Shown: piece after piece, positions 18,467 through 28,291 of the stretch
How the letters are laid out: each line of letters begins with the position of its first letter
Numbering within the stretch: position 1 is the first letter of the stretch
From: an uncultured Thermoplasmata archaeon
GTDB lineage: Archaea > Thermoplasmatota > Thermoplasmata > Lutacidiplasmatales > UBA184
Direction of reading: 5' to 3'
DNA: 64,000 nt
Assembly (NCBI GenBank): GCA_963735185.1
Contig: CAVTJV010000007.1
Location: 328,161-392,160 of the forward strand
Position numbers and translations under genes: made by a program
The notes under the pieces: generated by a model
What the model was told of the DNA's origin: nothing
The model's input: the letters and a program-made list of their open reading frames with translations, nothing else
Database searches by the model: none

Positions 18467-19929
18467 CTACACTCGGATGGGGGTCGTGTAGCCGGCGGGC
18501 CGGTGGAAGCTCTCGGCCCCCCCGAGCGGGTCGGGTCGCGGCGAGGGAGCCTCGCCCCTCTTCCCGGCGAGATAGGCGTCGATCGCGTCCGCGATCTCCA
18601 TGGCGGTACCCATGGCGTACACGACGGACCGTCCGCCGGCCGCGAAGACCCCGGGGACGGCGGTCTCGAACCCTTTCCCCTTGCCCTCGGGCCATCCTTG
18701 GGACGTCAGCTTGAGGTCCAGTTCGGACCCAAAGCCGGTGAGGTCGGCCTTCTGCCCGACCGCGATGATCACGGTGTCGCAGGGGAGCGTTTCCTCGGAG
18801 CCCGGGACGGGCACCGGAGTTCGCCGGCCCCGGCGTCGGGCGGGCCGAGCTCCATCGTCTGAACGACCAGCCCCTCGACATGATGGCCCCCGACGATCCG
18901 CAGCGGCGCCCGGAGGAACTCGAACCGGATCCCCTCTTGCTCAGCCCCGTGGGCCTCCTCGGGGTCGGCGGGCATCTCCTGTCGACTGCGACGGTAGACC
19001 AGCGTCACGTGGCCCCCGTGGGACTCGCGGAGAGCGGTGCGGACGGAGTCCATCGCGACATCCCCACCCCCGATGACGATGACCTCCTTGCCCACCGTGA
19101 CCGGTATCCCGTGGTTGACGTGCTTCAGGAAATCGAGCGCCGGAAGGACCCCGGGCAGGTTCTCGCCCGGCACGCCGAGGGAGCGGTGGCTCGGCGTCCC
19201 GATCGCGATGAAGACGGCCTGGTAGCCGTCCTCCCGGACCAGCTTGTCGATGGGGAACTCCTTGCCGACCTTGGTCCCGTTCACGAACGTGACGTCCAGG
19301 TCGCGCAGGCGCTTGCGGTCGGTCTCGACGTCCGCGTCCGTCATCCGGTACGCGGGGATCGTCTGCATGAGGCCCCCGAACCGGTGCTCCTGCTCGAAGA
19401 CGGTGACCGAGTAGCCCCGGACGCCGAGCTCCCAGGCCATCATGAGGCCCGCCGGCCCAGCACCGATGACCGCGACCCGCTGGCTCTTCGGCTTCGACGG
19501 GACGTAGACGAGGTCGCTCTCCCCGTAGTCGAGGGCCGCGCGCTTCAGGTGGCGGATGGCGATCGGGACTCCCTTCTTCTTGACGACGCAGGAGTCCTCG
19601 CAGTAGTGGTAACAGACCTTGCACAAGCACGTCGCGAGAGGGTTCTCGCGGAGCGTCACCTTCGCCGCTCCCGCAAAGTCCCCGTCCGCGATGAGGCGGA
19701 TGTACTCGCGGCAGTCCTGCGTGATGGGGCACGCCTCGACGCACCACGGCCGACGGCACTGGATGCACCGCTTCGCCTCGAGGATGGCGTCCTCCTTGGA
19801 GTACGCATGCAGTACCTCGCGGAAATCCGTGGTCCGTTGGTCCACGGGTTCCTCGACGATCGGGACCCGAACCGGGTTCAGCTTCGGAGGCGCGGTCTTC
19901 GGGGACGGGGCGGCCGCCTCAGGAGTCAT
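18467..19929 (-). CDS. GltD/SudA-family NAD(P)H oxidoreductase (glutamate synthase small-subunit-like); frame broken near 18827
   Basis: Fe-S Cys motifs (CIQCRRPWCVEACP), VAVIGAGPAGL and VIVIGGGDVAMD. ...MELGPPDAG in ORF 18769-19953 continues as RRTPVPVPGSEETLPCDTVIIAVGQ in ORF 18467-18814. Confidence 0.8.
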
Positions 19930-19956
19930 GGTCTCGGCTCTTCCGAGCCGCACACG

Positions 19957-19966
19957 TTCTTAAGAC
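19957..19966 (-). promoter_or_regulatory. candidate TATA box of the gltD-like gene
   Basis: Palindromic TTCTTAAGAC. Its centre is ~32 nt upstream of ATG 19929. Confidence 0.4.
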
Positions 19967-20079
19967 GATTCCGTGGCGAGCGTAGCACTCGCAGGCGCGG
20001 CCGCTCCTCGCGGCCCGCACGCTTCCCCTTATAGCCCGTCCACGTTGGGTCCTTGGGCCCCTTCGGGCGGGCCGGAACC

Positions 20080-21420
20080 ATGGTCCTCGATTCGCTGGGA
20101 AAATCGCTCCGAGGCGTTCTCCAGAAGATCGCCCGAGGCTCCGTGGTGGACGAAGCCCTCCTGTCCGAGGTCGTCCGGGACATCCAGCGCGCGCTCCTCC
20201 AAGCGGACGTCAACGTACAGCTCACCCTCGCCCTCACGCAGCGAGTTCGCAAGCGGGCGGTCGAGGAGAAGCCGCCCGCCGGGATGAGCCTTCGCGATTT
20301 CCTCGTCCGCATCATCTACGAGGAGGTCCGCGGCATCCTCGGCAAGGACCGCCCGTTCGACCTCCGCCCGAAGAAGATCCTCCTCGCCGGCCTCTACGGC
20401 CAGGGGAAGACGACCACTGCGGGGAAGCTCGCCCGCTACTTCCAGAAGCGGGGGGTCCGGGTAGGGCTCGTCGCGGCCGACGTCCACCGGCCGGCGGCCG
20501 TCGACCAGCTCGAGCAGCTCGCGAAGAAGGTCGGTTGCGAGTTCTATGCCAACCGGTCGGAGAAACGGGCCGAGGTGATCGTCCAGGAAGCCCTCGCGAA
20601 GTTCCCCCCGCACCTCGCGGTCCTGGTCGACACGGCAGGCCGGAGCGGCATCGACCCCGACCTGATCGAGGAGCTGAAGCGCGTGAAGGCAGCGCTCGTA
20701 CCGGACGAGGTCCTCCTCGTGCTCGACGCCGCGATGGGCCAGACGGCGGGCCGGAGCGCGGAGGCGTTCCACAAAGCCGTGGGTCTCACGGGAGTGATCC
20801 TCACCAAGCTCGACGGGTCGGCGAAGGGCGGTGGCGCCCTCTCCGCCGTGGCGGTGAGCGGAGCCCCGATCCTATTCATCGGCACCGGCGAGCACCTCGA
20901 CGAGCTCGAGCGGTTCGAGCCCACTCGGTTCGTCTCCCGGCTCCTCGGGATGGGCGACATCCAGGGTCTCCTCGAGCGGTTCGAGGAGCTGTCCGACAAG
21001 GACGCCGCGGAGAAGGCGGCGAAGGCGCTCATGAGCGGGCGGTTCACGCTCCGCGACATGCGCTCGCAGCTCGACTCCCTCGGGGAGATGGGACCGTTCT
21101 CGAAGATCCTCTCCGCCTTCCCGGGGTTCGGGTCGATGAAGGTCGACGACAAGGAGCTCGAGCAGACCCAGAAGCGGTTGCGCGGGTTCCGGGTCATCCT
21201 CGATTCGATGACCGGTGAAGAGCTGGACGACCCTCAGCTCATCAAGGCCGACCGGGTCCACCGGATCGCGCGCGGGAGCGGCCACCGGCCCCAAGAGGTC
21301 CGAGCGCTGTTGAAACATTACGAGACGACCCGCAAGGCCGCGCACGGGCTGGTCTCCAACCGGAGGCTCCGGCGCCAGATGGAGAAGCAGTTCGGCGCGG
21401 GAGGGGATGCGCCCCCGTGA
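20080..21420 (+). CDS. srp54: signal recognition particle protein SRP54
   Basis: MVLDSLGKSL N-terminus, GLYGQGKTTTAGKLA, DTAGR, TKLDG and an M-domain. ATG 20080 is preferred over TTG 20053. Confidence 0.9.
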   Translation: MVLDSLGKSLRGVLQKIARGSVVDEALLSEVVRDIQRALLQADVNVQLTLALTQRVRKRAVEEKPPAGMSLRDFLVRIIYEEVRGILGKDRPFDLRPKKILLAGLYGQGKTTTAGKLARYFQKRGVRVGLVAADVHRPAAVDQLEQLAKKVGCEFYANRSEKRAEVIVQEALAKFPPHLAVLVDTAGRSGIDPDLIEELKRVKAALVPDEVLLVLDAAMGQTAGRSAEAFHKAVGLTGVILTKLDGSAKGGGALSAVAVSGAPILFIGTGEHLDELERFEPTRFVSRLLGMGDIQGLLERFEELSDKDAAEKAAKALMSGRFTLRDMRSQLDSLGEMGPFSKILSAFPGFGSMKVDDKELEQTQKRLRGFRVILDSMTGEELDDPQLIKADRVHRIARGSGHRPQEVRALLKHYETTRKAAHGLVSNRRLRRQMEKQFGAGGDAPP

Positions 21421-21436
21421 GCCGCGCGGCCGACCG

Positions 21437-21979
21437 ATGACGCTGCTGGGCCTCGCCGAAGGGGTCGCTGGGGGGCTTCTACTCTTCTTTCTCCCCGGAT
21501 ACGCGGTCACGAAGGCCCTCTTCCCGGAGTGGCGGGTGCGCGGCCCTGAGGGAGGGCGACGGTTGCTCGAGACCGTGACGCTCTCGTTCGTGACGAGCAT
21601 CGGGCTCACGGTCGTGGTCGGGTTCGGGATCCTCGACCTCGTCCCCGGCGGGTTCGCCGCCGCCTGGTCCGACCCGGTTCTGGAGGCCACTCTAGCTGCC
21701 GTGGCCCTGGTCGGGTTCGTGGCGGCGTTCTTCCGAGGGGCCTTCGCCCGGACTCCGCCCGCGACCCCCGCGACGGTCGGGGCGGCGGGAGAGGAGGGAG
21801 CGTGGGAGCTCTCGCGCGAGCTCGAACGGCTCGGAAGGGACGAACGACGGCTCGAGCACGCCCTCCGGGTCTCGGCCCAAAGCCCGGCCGAGGTCACTCG
21901 TCTCACCACCGAGCTCCAGTCGGTGCGGGCCGAGCGGGACGCTCTCCGACGGAAGCGGGAGGACGAATATGCCACCTAA
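21437..21979 (+). CDS. hypothetical membrane protein with C-terminal coiled coil
   Basis: Three hydrophobic helices, then an E/R/L-rich tail (ELERLGRDERRLEHAL...). Start ATG 21437 or 21407. Confidence 0.5.
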   Translation: MTLLGLAEGVAGGLLLFFLPGYAVTKALFPEWRVRGPEGGRRLLETVTLSFVTSIGLTVVVGFGILDLVPGGFAAAWSDPVLEATLAAVALVGFVAAFFRGAFARTPPATPATVGAAGEEGAWELSRELERLGRDERRLEHALRVSAQSPAEVTRLTTELQSVRAERDALRRKREDEYAT

Positions 21980-22349
21980 GGCGGCCCGTGGGGGCTCCGA
22001 TTACAAGATGGTCCTCGTCGTTCGGGGCGAGCTCCGTCTCACCGCGGGCAAGGCGGCGGTCCAAGTGGCTCACGCGGCGGTGCTGTTGGCCCAGGAGGCC
22101 GCGAAACGCGCCCCGGAAGCGCTCCGCGCCTGGTCGGCGACCGGCCAGAAGAAGATCGCCCTGATGGCACCGACCCTCGACCACCTCGAGGCGCTCGCGC
22201 GCCAGGCTCGCGCTCTCGGGCTTTTGTGGGTGCTCGTGGAGGATGCAGGGTTCACGGAAGTGCCGCCCGGCACCAAGACCGTCCTGGGGATCGGCCCGGC
22301 GCCCAGCTCTCAGCTCGACCCGATTACCGGGTCGCTCCCTCTCCTGTAG
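21969..22349 (+). CDS. pth2: peptidyl-tRNA hydrolase, archaeal type (Pth2)
   Basis: YKMVLVVRGELRLTAGKAAVQVAHAAV and DAGFTEVPPGTKTVLGIGP match Pth2. Confidence 0.85.
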   Translation: MPPKAARGGSDYKMVLVVRGELRLTAGKAAVQVAHAAVLLAQEAAKRAPEALRAWSATGQKKIALMAPTLDHLEALARQARALGLLWVLVEDAGFTEVPPGTKTVLGIGPAPSSQLDPITGSLPLL

Positions 22350-22372
22350 ACCCGAATCCTCGGGAGAGCGGA

Positions 22373-22396
22373 ACCAACTCGGCAGAGCAAGTTGGT
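22373..22396 (+). promoter_or_regulatory. 7-bp inverted repeat directly upstream of the peptide-transporter TATA box (operator or pth2 terminator)
   Basis: ACCAACT (22373-22379) and AGTTGGT (22390-22396) with a 10-nt spacer. It ends 5 nt before the TATA box. Confidence 0.4.
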
Positions 22397-22401
22397 GACC
22401 G

Positions 22402-22409
22402 TATAAATA
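22402..22409 (+). promoter_or_regulatory. TATA box of the peptide ABC transporter operon
   Basis: TATAAATA. The predicted TSS near 22432 gives a ~26-nt leader with a G-rich SD-like GGGGGGT before ATG 22458. Confidence 0.6.
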
Positions 22410-22457
22410 CAGGCAGGCGCTGGTCTTCTTGTGCCGGCGTGGGGGGTCGGCTAGCCT

Positions 22458-23666
22458 ATGCGGATGTGGATTTACATCGTGCGACGGCTCATCCTTGTAA
22501 TCCCAATCATCGTCGGCGTGATGACCATCACGTTCGCCCTGGTGAGCGCGTTGCCCATCCAGGACCGGCTGATCTCGTCGTTCGGGGCGCCCCCCAAGAA
22601 CGCCCCCGGGGGCTACAGCCCTACCGTCCCGTGTTCGGTCCTCCACATCAACCAATCCGGCAACTGCACGAACCCGCTCTACCAGCGGGACACCCACAAG
22701 TTGGGCCTCGACCAGCCCGTCTTCTACCAATGGGGGCTCTACATCGCGAATAGTCTGACGTTCCAATGGGGCTACGTCGATAACCATAGCGGTGCCTCGT
22801 CCGAGGATTCGCTGATCCAGGGTCAGTCGGTCGCGACCGTCCTGAGCTGGCTTCTCCCCTACACGCTCGAGTTAGCGATCTTTGCGCTGCTCATCATTCT
22901 CATCGTTTCGATCCCCGTGGGGAACCTTGCCGCTGTATACCGGAACCGCCCGGTGGACCAGGCCTCACGAGTGATCTCGTTCTCGGGGTACGCCCTGCCC
23001 GGATTCCTGCTCGGGACGTTCCTTCTCATGGCGTTCGTCTTAGGGTTGGGTCCGACCTTTGGCGGGAAGGACCCCACGTGCGCCAGCGATTCGTTCTACC
23101 AGTTCTTCTACGGTTCTTGGCCTAGCCAGCTCTGCTTCTCCGGGGGGCAGTTCCCAACTTGGCTCAAATCGGGCGTCATCACGTCCCCTACGGGGTTCCC
23201 GACGGTGGACGCCGCCCTCCACGGTCAGGGTTGGCTCGCGGTCGACACGATTCTTCGCATGACCCTCCCCGCCCTCGTGGTCGCGTATGGGACGATCGCC
23301 GGACTGCTCCGGTTCGTCCGGAACAGCATGCTCGAGGTCATGAACCTCGACTTCGTTCGGACGGCTCGGTCGAAGGGGGTTCCCGAGAGCATCGTCATCT
23401 CGAAGCATGCGGGTCGCAACTCGCTCAACGTGACGATCACCGTCCTGGGGCTCACGTTCGCCTTCTTCATCGGCGGGTTCCCCGTCGTGGAGACGATCTT
23501 CAACCTGAACGGCGTGGGCCGGATGTTCGTCTACGCTCTGCTCGCCCCGTACGACTTCGGACTGATCTTCGGTTCGACGTTGTTATTCACGTTCCTCGTC
23601 GTCTTCGCCAACATCATCGTGGACGTGCTCTACGCCTATCTGGACCCGCGGGTCCGACTGGGGTGA
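22458..23666 (+). CDS. peptide/nickel ABC transporter permease (OppB/DppB family)
   Basis: N-terminus MWIYIVRRLILVIPIIVGVMTITF, and FVRTARSKG in the EAA loop region. Confidence 0.9.
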   Translation: MRMWIYIVRRLILVIPIIVGVMTITFALVSALPIQDRLISSFGAPPKNAPGGYSPTVPCSVLHINQSGNCTNPLYQRDTHKLGLDQPVFYQWGLYIANSLTFQWGYVDNHSGASSEDSLIQGQSVATVLSWLLPYTLELAIFALLIILIVSIPVGNLAAVYRNRPVDQASRVISFSGYALPGFLLGTFLLMAFVLGLGPTFGGKDPTCASDSFYQFFYGSWPSQLCFSGGQFPTWLKSGVITSPTGFPTVDAALHGQGWLAVDTILRMTLPALVVAYGTIAGLLRFVRNSMLEVMNLDFVRTARSKGVPESIVISKHAGRNSLNVTITVLGLTFAFFIGGFPVVETIFNLNGVGRMFVYALLAPYDFGLIFGSTLLFTFLVVFANIIVDVLYAYLDPRVRLG

Positions 23667-23675
23667 GAAAGGGGG

Positions 23676-24842
23676 ATGGTGGAAGAAGGAACGGCCGAGG
23701 CGGCGACGCCCGCGTCCGAGCCAGCGACCCCGGTTGAAGTGACCCGTCGCGGACGACGACCGAGCCCCCGGATCGCTCAGTTCAAGCGAACCTGGTACTT
23801 CCTACGTCGCAACACCCTTGCGATGGTCGGAATCGTGATCCTGGTCGTCTTCATCGGGATCGCGATCTACGCCCTGACCCAACCGATCCCCTGGACCCAG
23901 CTCCAGCAGCAGTGTGCGTCCAACGGCGTCTACCCGCCCGTCAACGGGTGCCTGTGCACCTATTCGGCCGGTACCGTCTCCCCCGGCGCGAACTGCTACC
24001 AGACCCCCGCCGGGTACCCGTCCGACATCGCCCCGACCATCGATTTCTCCCACGGAACGCTCGGTCCGTTACCGCTCGGCTCGATCACGGTAGCTCCGAC
24101 GAACCCGACGTTCTACGACATCTACGCCGGCCTATTGCGAGGGTCGGATTGGTCGCTGGGCGTCTCGGTCGCGATCGTGGGCACCGGCGCCCTGATCGGG
24201 CTCCTGGTCGGAGCGATCTCCGGGTTCTTCGGTGGCTGGGTCGATGAAGCGCTGATGCGGATCGTCGACATCTTCCTCTCGATCCCCCAGATCCTCTTCG
24301 TCATCATCGTGATCGCCGTGCTGGTGGTGTTACCGGTCTTCCAGCCCTTTGACATGCGGGTCGCCTTATTGATCGTTGGGTTTGTCATCGTCTGGTGGCC
24401 GTTCTACGCCCGTATCGTTCGGGGTCAGGTCCTCGTGGTCCGCGAGCAGAAGTACGTCGAGGCCGCGAAGGCGAGCGGTGCCGGGAGCGGACGGCTCGTC
24501 ATGCGCCACATCATCCCGAACAGCGTCTACCCGATCTTCGTCCAGATGTCGCTCGACGTCGGCACGATCCCCCTGCTCCTCGGGACGCTTGTTTACCTTG
24601 GGTTCCCCGTGTTCCCCACCATCTACTTCCCGGAGTGGGGCTCCATGGCCGCCCTGTCGGTGTACAGTGGTGCCGGCGCGAGCACGTTCACCGACGCGCT
24701 CCTCACGTGCCAGTTCGGCACGTGCATCATCCCCTGGTGGCAGTTCCTCTTCCCGGGGCTGATGCTCTTCCTCTACGCGATCAGTGTGAACTTCCTGGCG
24801 GACGGGCTGCGGGACGCCCTAGACCCCCGGCTTCGGAGGTAG
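23676..24842 (+). CDS. peptide/nickel ABC transporter permease (OppC/DppC family) with long extracytoplasmic loop
   Basis: YVEAAKASGAGSGRLVMRHIIPN is typical of OppC. ~100-aa loop after TM1. Confidence 0.9.
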   Translation: MVEEGTAEAATPASEPATPVEVTRRGRRPSPRIAQFKRTWYFLRRNTLAMVGIVILVVFIGIAIYALTQPIPWTQLQQQCASNGVYPPVNGCLCTYSAGTVSPGANCYQTPAGYPSDIAPTIDFSHGTLGPLPLGSITVAPTNPTFYDIYAGLLRGSDWSLGVSVAIVGTGALIGLLVGAISGFFGGWVDEALMRIVDIFLSIPQILFVIIVIAVLVVLPVFQPFDMRVALLIVGFVIVWWPFYARIVRGQVLVVREQKYVEAAKASGAGSGRLVMRHIIPNSVYPIFVQMSLDVGTIPLLLGTLVYLGFPVFPTIYFPEWGSMAALSVYSGAGASTFTDALLTCQFGTCIIPWWQFLFPGLMLFLYAISVNFLADGLRDALDPRLRR

Positions 24843-24855
24843 TCGAACGGAAACC

Positions 24856-26490
24856 ATGGCAGCGGTCGCACAACCGATCCGAGAGACCCCCGTCCTTCCG
24901 GGCGGGACGCCCCTTCCGGCGACGTCGACCCCGGCGCCGGAATCCGAGGAGGCCTTGTTCTCGTCCGAGCGAAACCCGGTCGTCCTGGACGTGCGGGACC
25001 TGAAGACCTACTTCTTCACCTACGACGGGGTCGTCCTGGCGCTCGACGGGGTCTCGTTCAAGGTCCGGCGCGGAGAGACCGTCGGGCTCGTCGGAGAGAC
25101 GGGATGCGGGAAGAGCGTCACGGCGTTTTCCATCACCCGGCTGATCCCGGACCCTCCGGGGCGGATCATCAGCGGCAAGGTCCTCTTCCGGGGGACCGAC
25201 CTCCTATGGGGTCTCGCGGGCGAGGCCCGGATCAAGATCGACCCGAAGACCGGTCGCGCGAAGGTCCGCCGGTCGTTCCGCCGGATCAAGGCCGGCCTCG
25301 AGCGGATGTCGGCGGTCCGGGGTCGGGGGATCTCGATGATCTTCCAGGAACCGACTCAGGCGATGAACCCGGTGTTCTCGGTCTCCGACCAGATCTCCGA
25401 GGCCCTTCTGCTCCACCAGGGGACGCGGATCGTCGACGACATCATGAACGCGACCCCGGACGCCCCCGAGGTTCGCCCGGCCTTGGAAGCGCTTGTCGAA
25501 ACCACGCGGGCCGCCAAGGGCCCCGACGCCTCCCGCGCGGCGGCGGCCAAGGTCGGCGAGGCGGCGCACCTGGCCTCGTTCGGGACCCAGGCGTTCTACC
25601 TCGTCCGCGACAGCGAGCTCGCCTCGGAGGACATGGTTCGCCGTCTCGAGAAGGGCCTGCGTCGAGTCCGCCTGGGTCGCCTCGAGCGTTCCTACCTCAG
25701 GTACCGGCGACGCCGGATGGTCGTCGAGGACGACTTCCACGACCTCTACCTGTCCGAGATGCACGAAGGGCGGGTCGACCGGCATCAGCGGCGCGTTCTC
25801 CGCAGCCGACGCGCGGCCCTACGGCTCCGGGGGTTCTATTACGGGATCTGGGGGGTCCGCGGACGGGTCAACCGCCCCCTCCGCGACGAAGCGTTCTGGC
25901 GGACCGTGGGCCGTCTCGAAGAGGTATCGATCGCGAACCCCGTCCAGGTCGCTCGGGGGTACCCGCACGAGCTCTCCGGTGGCATGCTCCAGCGGGTCAT
26001 GATCACGATGGCGCTTGCCGTCGAGCCGACGATCCTCATCGCGGACGAGCCGACGACCGCGCTCGACGTCACGATCCAGGCGCAGATCCTCGAACTGATG
26101 CGCGGGCTGAAGACCCGTATCGGGACCGCGATCCTGCTCATCACGCACGACCTGGCGGTGATCGCCGAGGTCGCCGACCGCGTGTGCGTCATGTACGCGG
26201 GCCAGATCGTGGAGACCGCTCGCGCCCGCGACCTCTATCAGCACCCGCTGCACCCGTACACCCAGGGACTCCTCGCTTCGATCCCGAACCTCGAGAGGCC
26301 CGACAAGAAGCTGAGCTCGATCCCGGGCTCCGTACCCGACCTGATCCACCCTCCGGAGGGCTGCCGGTTCCACCCCCGCTGCCCCTACGCGATGCCCGTC
26401 TGCAAGGAGGTCCGCCCGCCGGTCACGGTCGAGGGGGCCGAACACACGGTGGCGTGCCACCTCTACAAAGGCCAGGTGGCGGTGGAGTGA
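24856..26490 (+). CDS. peptide ABC transporter ATPase (OppD/DppD family) with ~150-aa Arg-rich insertion
   Basis: GETGCGKS, MIFQEP, LSGGMLQR, ILIADEPTTALD and a C-terminal CxxHxRC-type oligopeptide domain (CRFHPRCPYAMPVC). Q-loop to signature spacing is ~210 aa. Confidence 0.9.
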   Translation: MAAVAQPIRETPVLPGGTPLPATSTPAPESEEALFSSERNPVVLDVRDLKTYFFTYDGVVLALDGVSFKVRRGETVGLVGETGCGKSVTAFSITRLIPDPPGRIISGKVLFRGTDLLWGLAGEARIKIDPKTGRAKVRRSFRRIKAGLERMSAVRGRGISMIFQEPTQAMNPVFSVSDQISEALLLHQGTRIVDDIMNATPDAPEVRPALEALVETTRAAKGPDASRAAAAKVGEAAHLASFGTQAFYLVRDSELASEDMVRRLEKGLRRVRLGRLERSYLRYRRRRMVVEDDFHDLYLSEMHEGRVDRHQRRVLRSRRAALRLRGFYYGIWGVRGRVNRPLRDEAFWRTVGRLEEVSIANPVQVARGYPHELSGGMLQRVMITMALAVEPTILIADEPTTALDVTIQAQILELMRGLKTRIGTAILLITHDLAVIAEVADRVCVMYAGQIVETARARDLYQHPLHPYTQGLLASIPNLERPDKKLSSIPGSVPDLIHPPEGCRFHPRCPYAMPVCKEVRPPVTVEGAEHTVACHLYKGQVAVE

Positions 26491-26511
26491 TCGCACGGAG
26501 GTACCCACACC

Positions 26512-27664
26512 ATGGTTGACGATATGACCCCCGCACTGATCACCTCCTACAACCTGCGCAAGTACTTCCCGATCCGGGGAGGGCTCTTCTCCACGCGTAT
26601 CGGGGACGTGCGCGCCGTGGACGGCGTGACCCTCGACGTCCGCGAATCGGAGACGCTCGGCCTCGTCGGTGAATCCGGCTGCGGCAAGACGACGGTCGGT
26701 CGGCTGATGCTCCGCCTGATCGAGCCGACGTCCGGCCACACGTACTACCACCCTTCGCCCGAGACGCTCACCCGGCTCGAAACGCTCTACTCCACCCTGA
26801 AGAAGGGAGTGGGGGACGGGAACGGCGGCAACCCCGAGGCCCAGGCGGCGCTCAAGGAGCTCGACGAGATCGCCGACCAGTACCTCCCTCTACCGGCTGA
26901 AGCGCTCCAAGATGAAGGAGCTTCGCGGGAAGCTCCAGATCGTCTTCCAGGACCCGTTCAGCTCGCTCAGCCCCCGGATGCTGGTGCGCGATATCATCGG
27001 CGAGCCGCTCACGATCCACCACGCGGGCACCCGCTCGGAACGTGCCCAGCGCGTCGCCGAGCTCGTCCAGGAAGTGGGCCTCAATCCCGAACACCTTTGG
27101 CGCTACCCGCACGAGTTCTCGGGCGGGCAGCGGCAGCGGATCGGGATCGCGCGCGCCCTCGCCTTGCGTCCGGAGTTCATCGTGCTGGACGAACCGACGA
27201 GCGCCCTCGACGTCTCGGTCCAGGCCCAGATCCTCAACATCCTAAAGAAGCTCCAGGCCGAGCAGCGGCTCGCCTACATGTTCATCTCCCACCACCTCTC
27301 CGTCGTCCGGGCAATGAGCCACCACGTCGCGGTGATGTACCTGGGTCAGATCGTCGAGAGGGCGGGCACCGAAGACCTGTTCTCCCGTCCGCTGCATCCG
27401 TACACCCAGGCGCTCCTGTCCGCGATCCCGGTCCCCGACCCGACCCTGAAGCGGGAGCGGATCGTGCTGAAGGGAGACGTCCCGAGCCCGGCCGCCCCTC
27501 CGCCCGGCTGCCGCTTCCACACCCGCTGTCCCGCGGTGATGCCCGTCTGCTCGCAGGTAGAGCCGCCCCTCATCGAAGTCCGAAAGGAGCACTGGGTCGC
27601 GTGCCACCTCTACCCGGCAGCCGTCACCGCACCCTCCGAGGCCCCTTCGCGGGCGGCTCAGTGA
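26512..27664 (+). CDS. peptide ABC transporter ATPase (OppF/DppF family); frame broken by one extra nt at 26880-26884
   Basis: GESGCGKTT...DEIADQY in ORF 26512- continues as [24 protein letters not shown]...FSGGQRQR...[10 protein letters not shown]...CRFHTRCP in ORF 26912-27664. Confidence 0.85.
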
Positions 27665-27679
27665 GCCTCACGACCCGTT

Positions 27680-28144
27680 ATGCCCTCGCGGGCATCGGGT
27701 AATCGGCCGATGGACGCATCGAGGTCGCCGGGGGACGAGCTCGCGGACGAGTCGCTCGAGGACCGGGTCAAACAGGAAAAGGCCCGGGCGCTCGAAGAGC
27801 CGGGACCGAGCTGGCGCACCTGGTGGTTCCAACGCGCCTTGCGGGGCTACTACCTCCTCGGCATGCTCATCGTGGACGTTCAGGTCGTCGTCGGCTGGTA
27901 TGAGGTCGGGAGCGCCGTGGGGCTCGTCGTCTGTCTGGTCATCGCCGTTTATCTCGAGTTCCTGCTGTATCGGTACCTCTGGTACCGTCCCAGGGCCGAT
28001 GCGGCCCCTCCCCGTGGACGGTTCCGACCCACTTGGGTCCGCCCCTCGGAGTACGGCCGATGGACCCCCGAGGCGGACCTCGTCCGGGCCGGCCACCCGA
28101 TCTACCGTGCGGAAGAGGGACCGAATCCCAAAGAGTTCCTCTAA
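27680..28144 (+). CDS. hypothetical small membrane protein (two TM helices)
   Basis: [17 protein letters not shown] and [18 protein letters not shown] helices. It follows the transporter operon by 15 nt. Alternative start 27710. Confidence 0.45.
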   Translation: MPSRASGNRPMDASRSPGDELADESLEDRVKQEKARALEEPGPSWRTWWFQRALRGYYLLGMLIVDVQVVVGWYEVGSAVGLVVCLVIAVYLEFLLYRYLWYRPRADAAPPRGRFRPTWVRPSEYGRWTPEADLVRAGHPIYRAEEGPNPKEFL

Positions 28145-28291
28145 GGAACGTTGCGTTAGCAAACCCCGCAGTCCCGGGAATCGGAGGCGCTCGGACCGCA
28201 GCTTGGGGACGCTTGACCTTGCCGGTCGGTCGAGCGGTTCGGTCCCGCCGTCGGCCATCCAAGGGATCTCAGGAACGGTATCCTCGGTCTT

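Noticed and set aside
18669-18690. Third partial copy of the terminator tract (AACCCTTTCCCC) on the plus strand.
   Set aside because: It lies inside the gltD-like coding region, antisense to codons for EGKGKGFE. It has no hairpin and no gene end nearby, so it is most likely a coding coincidence.
22347-24842. In-frame TAG recoding (pyrrolysine), as seen in some Thermoplasmata-related methanogens.
   Set aside because: TAG terminates several well-delimited genes here (mutase 10990-10992, pth2 22347-22349, oppC-like 24840-24842). No gene needs TAG read-through to be complete.
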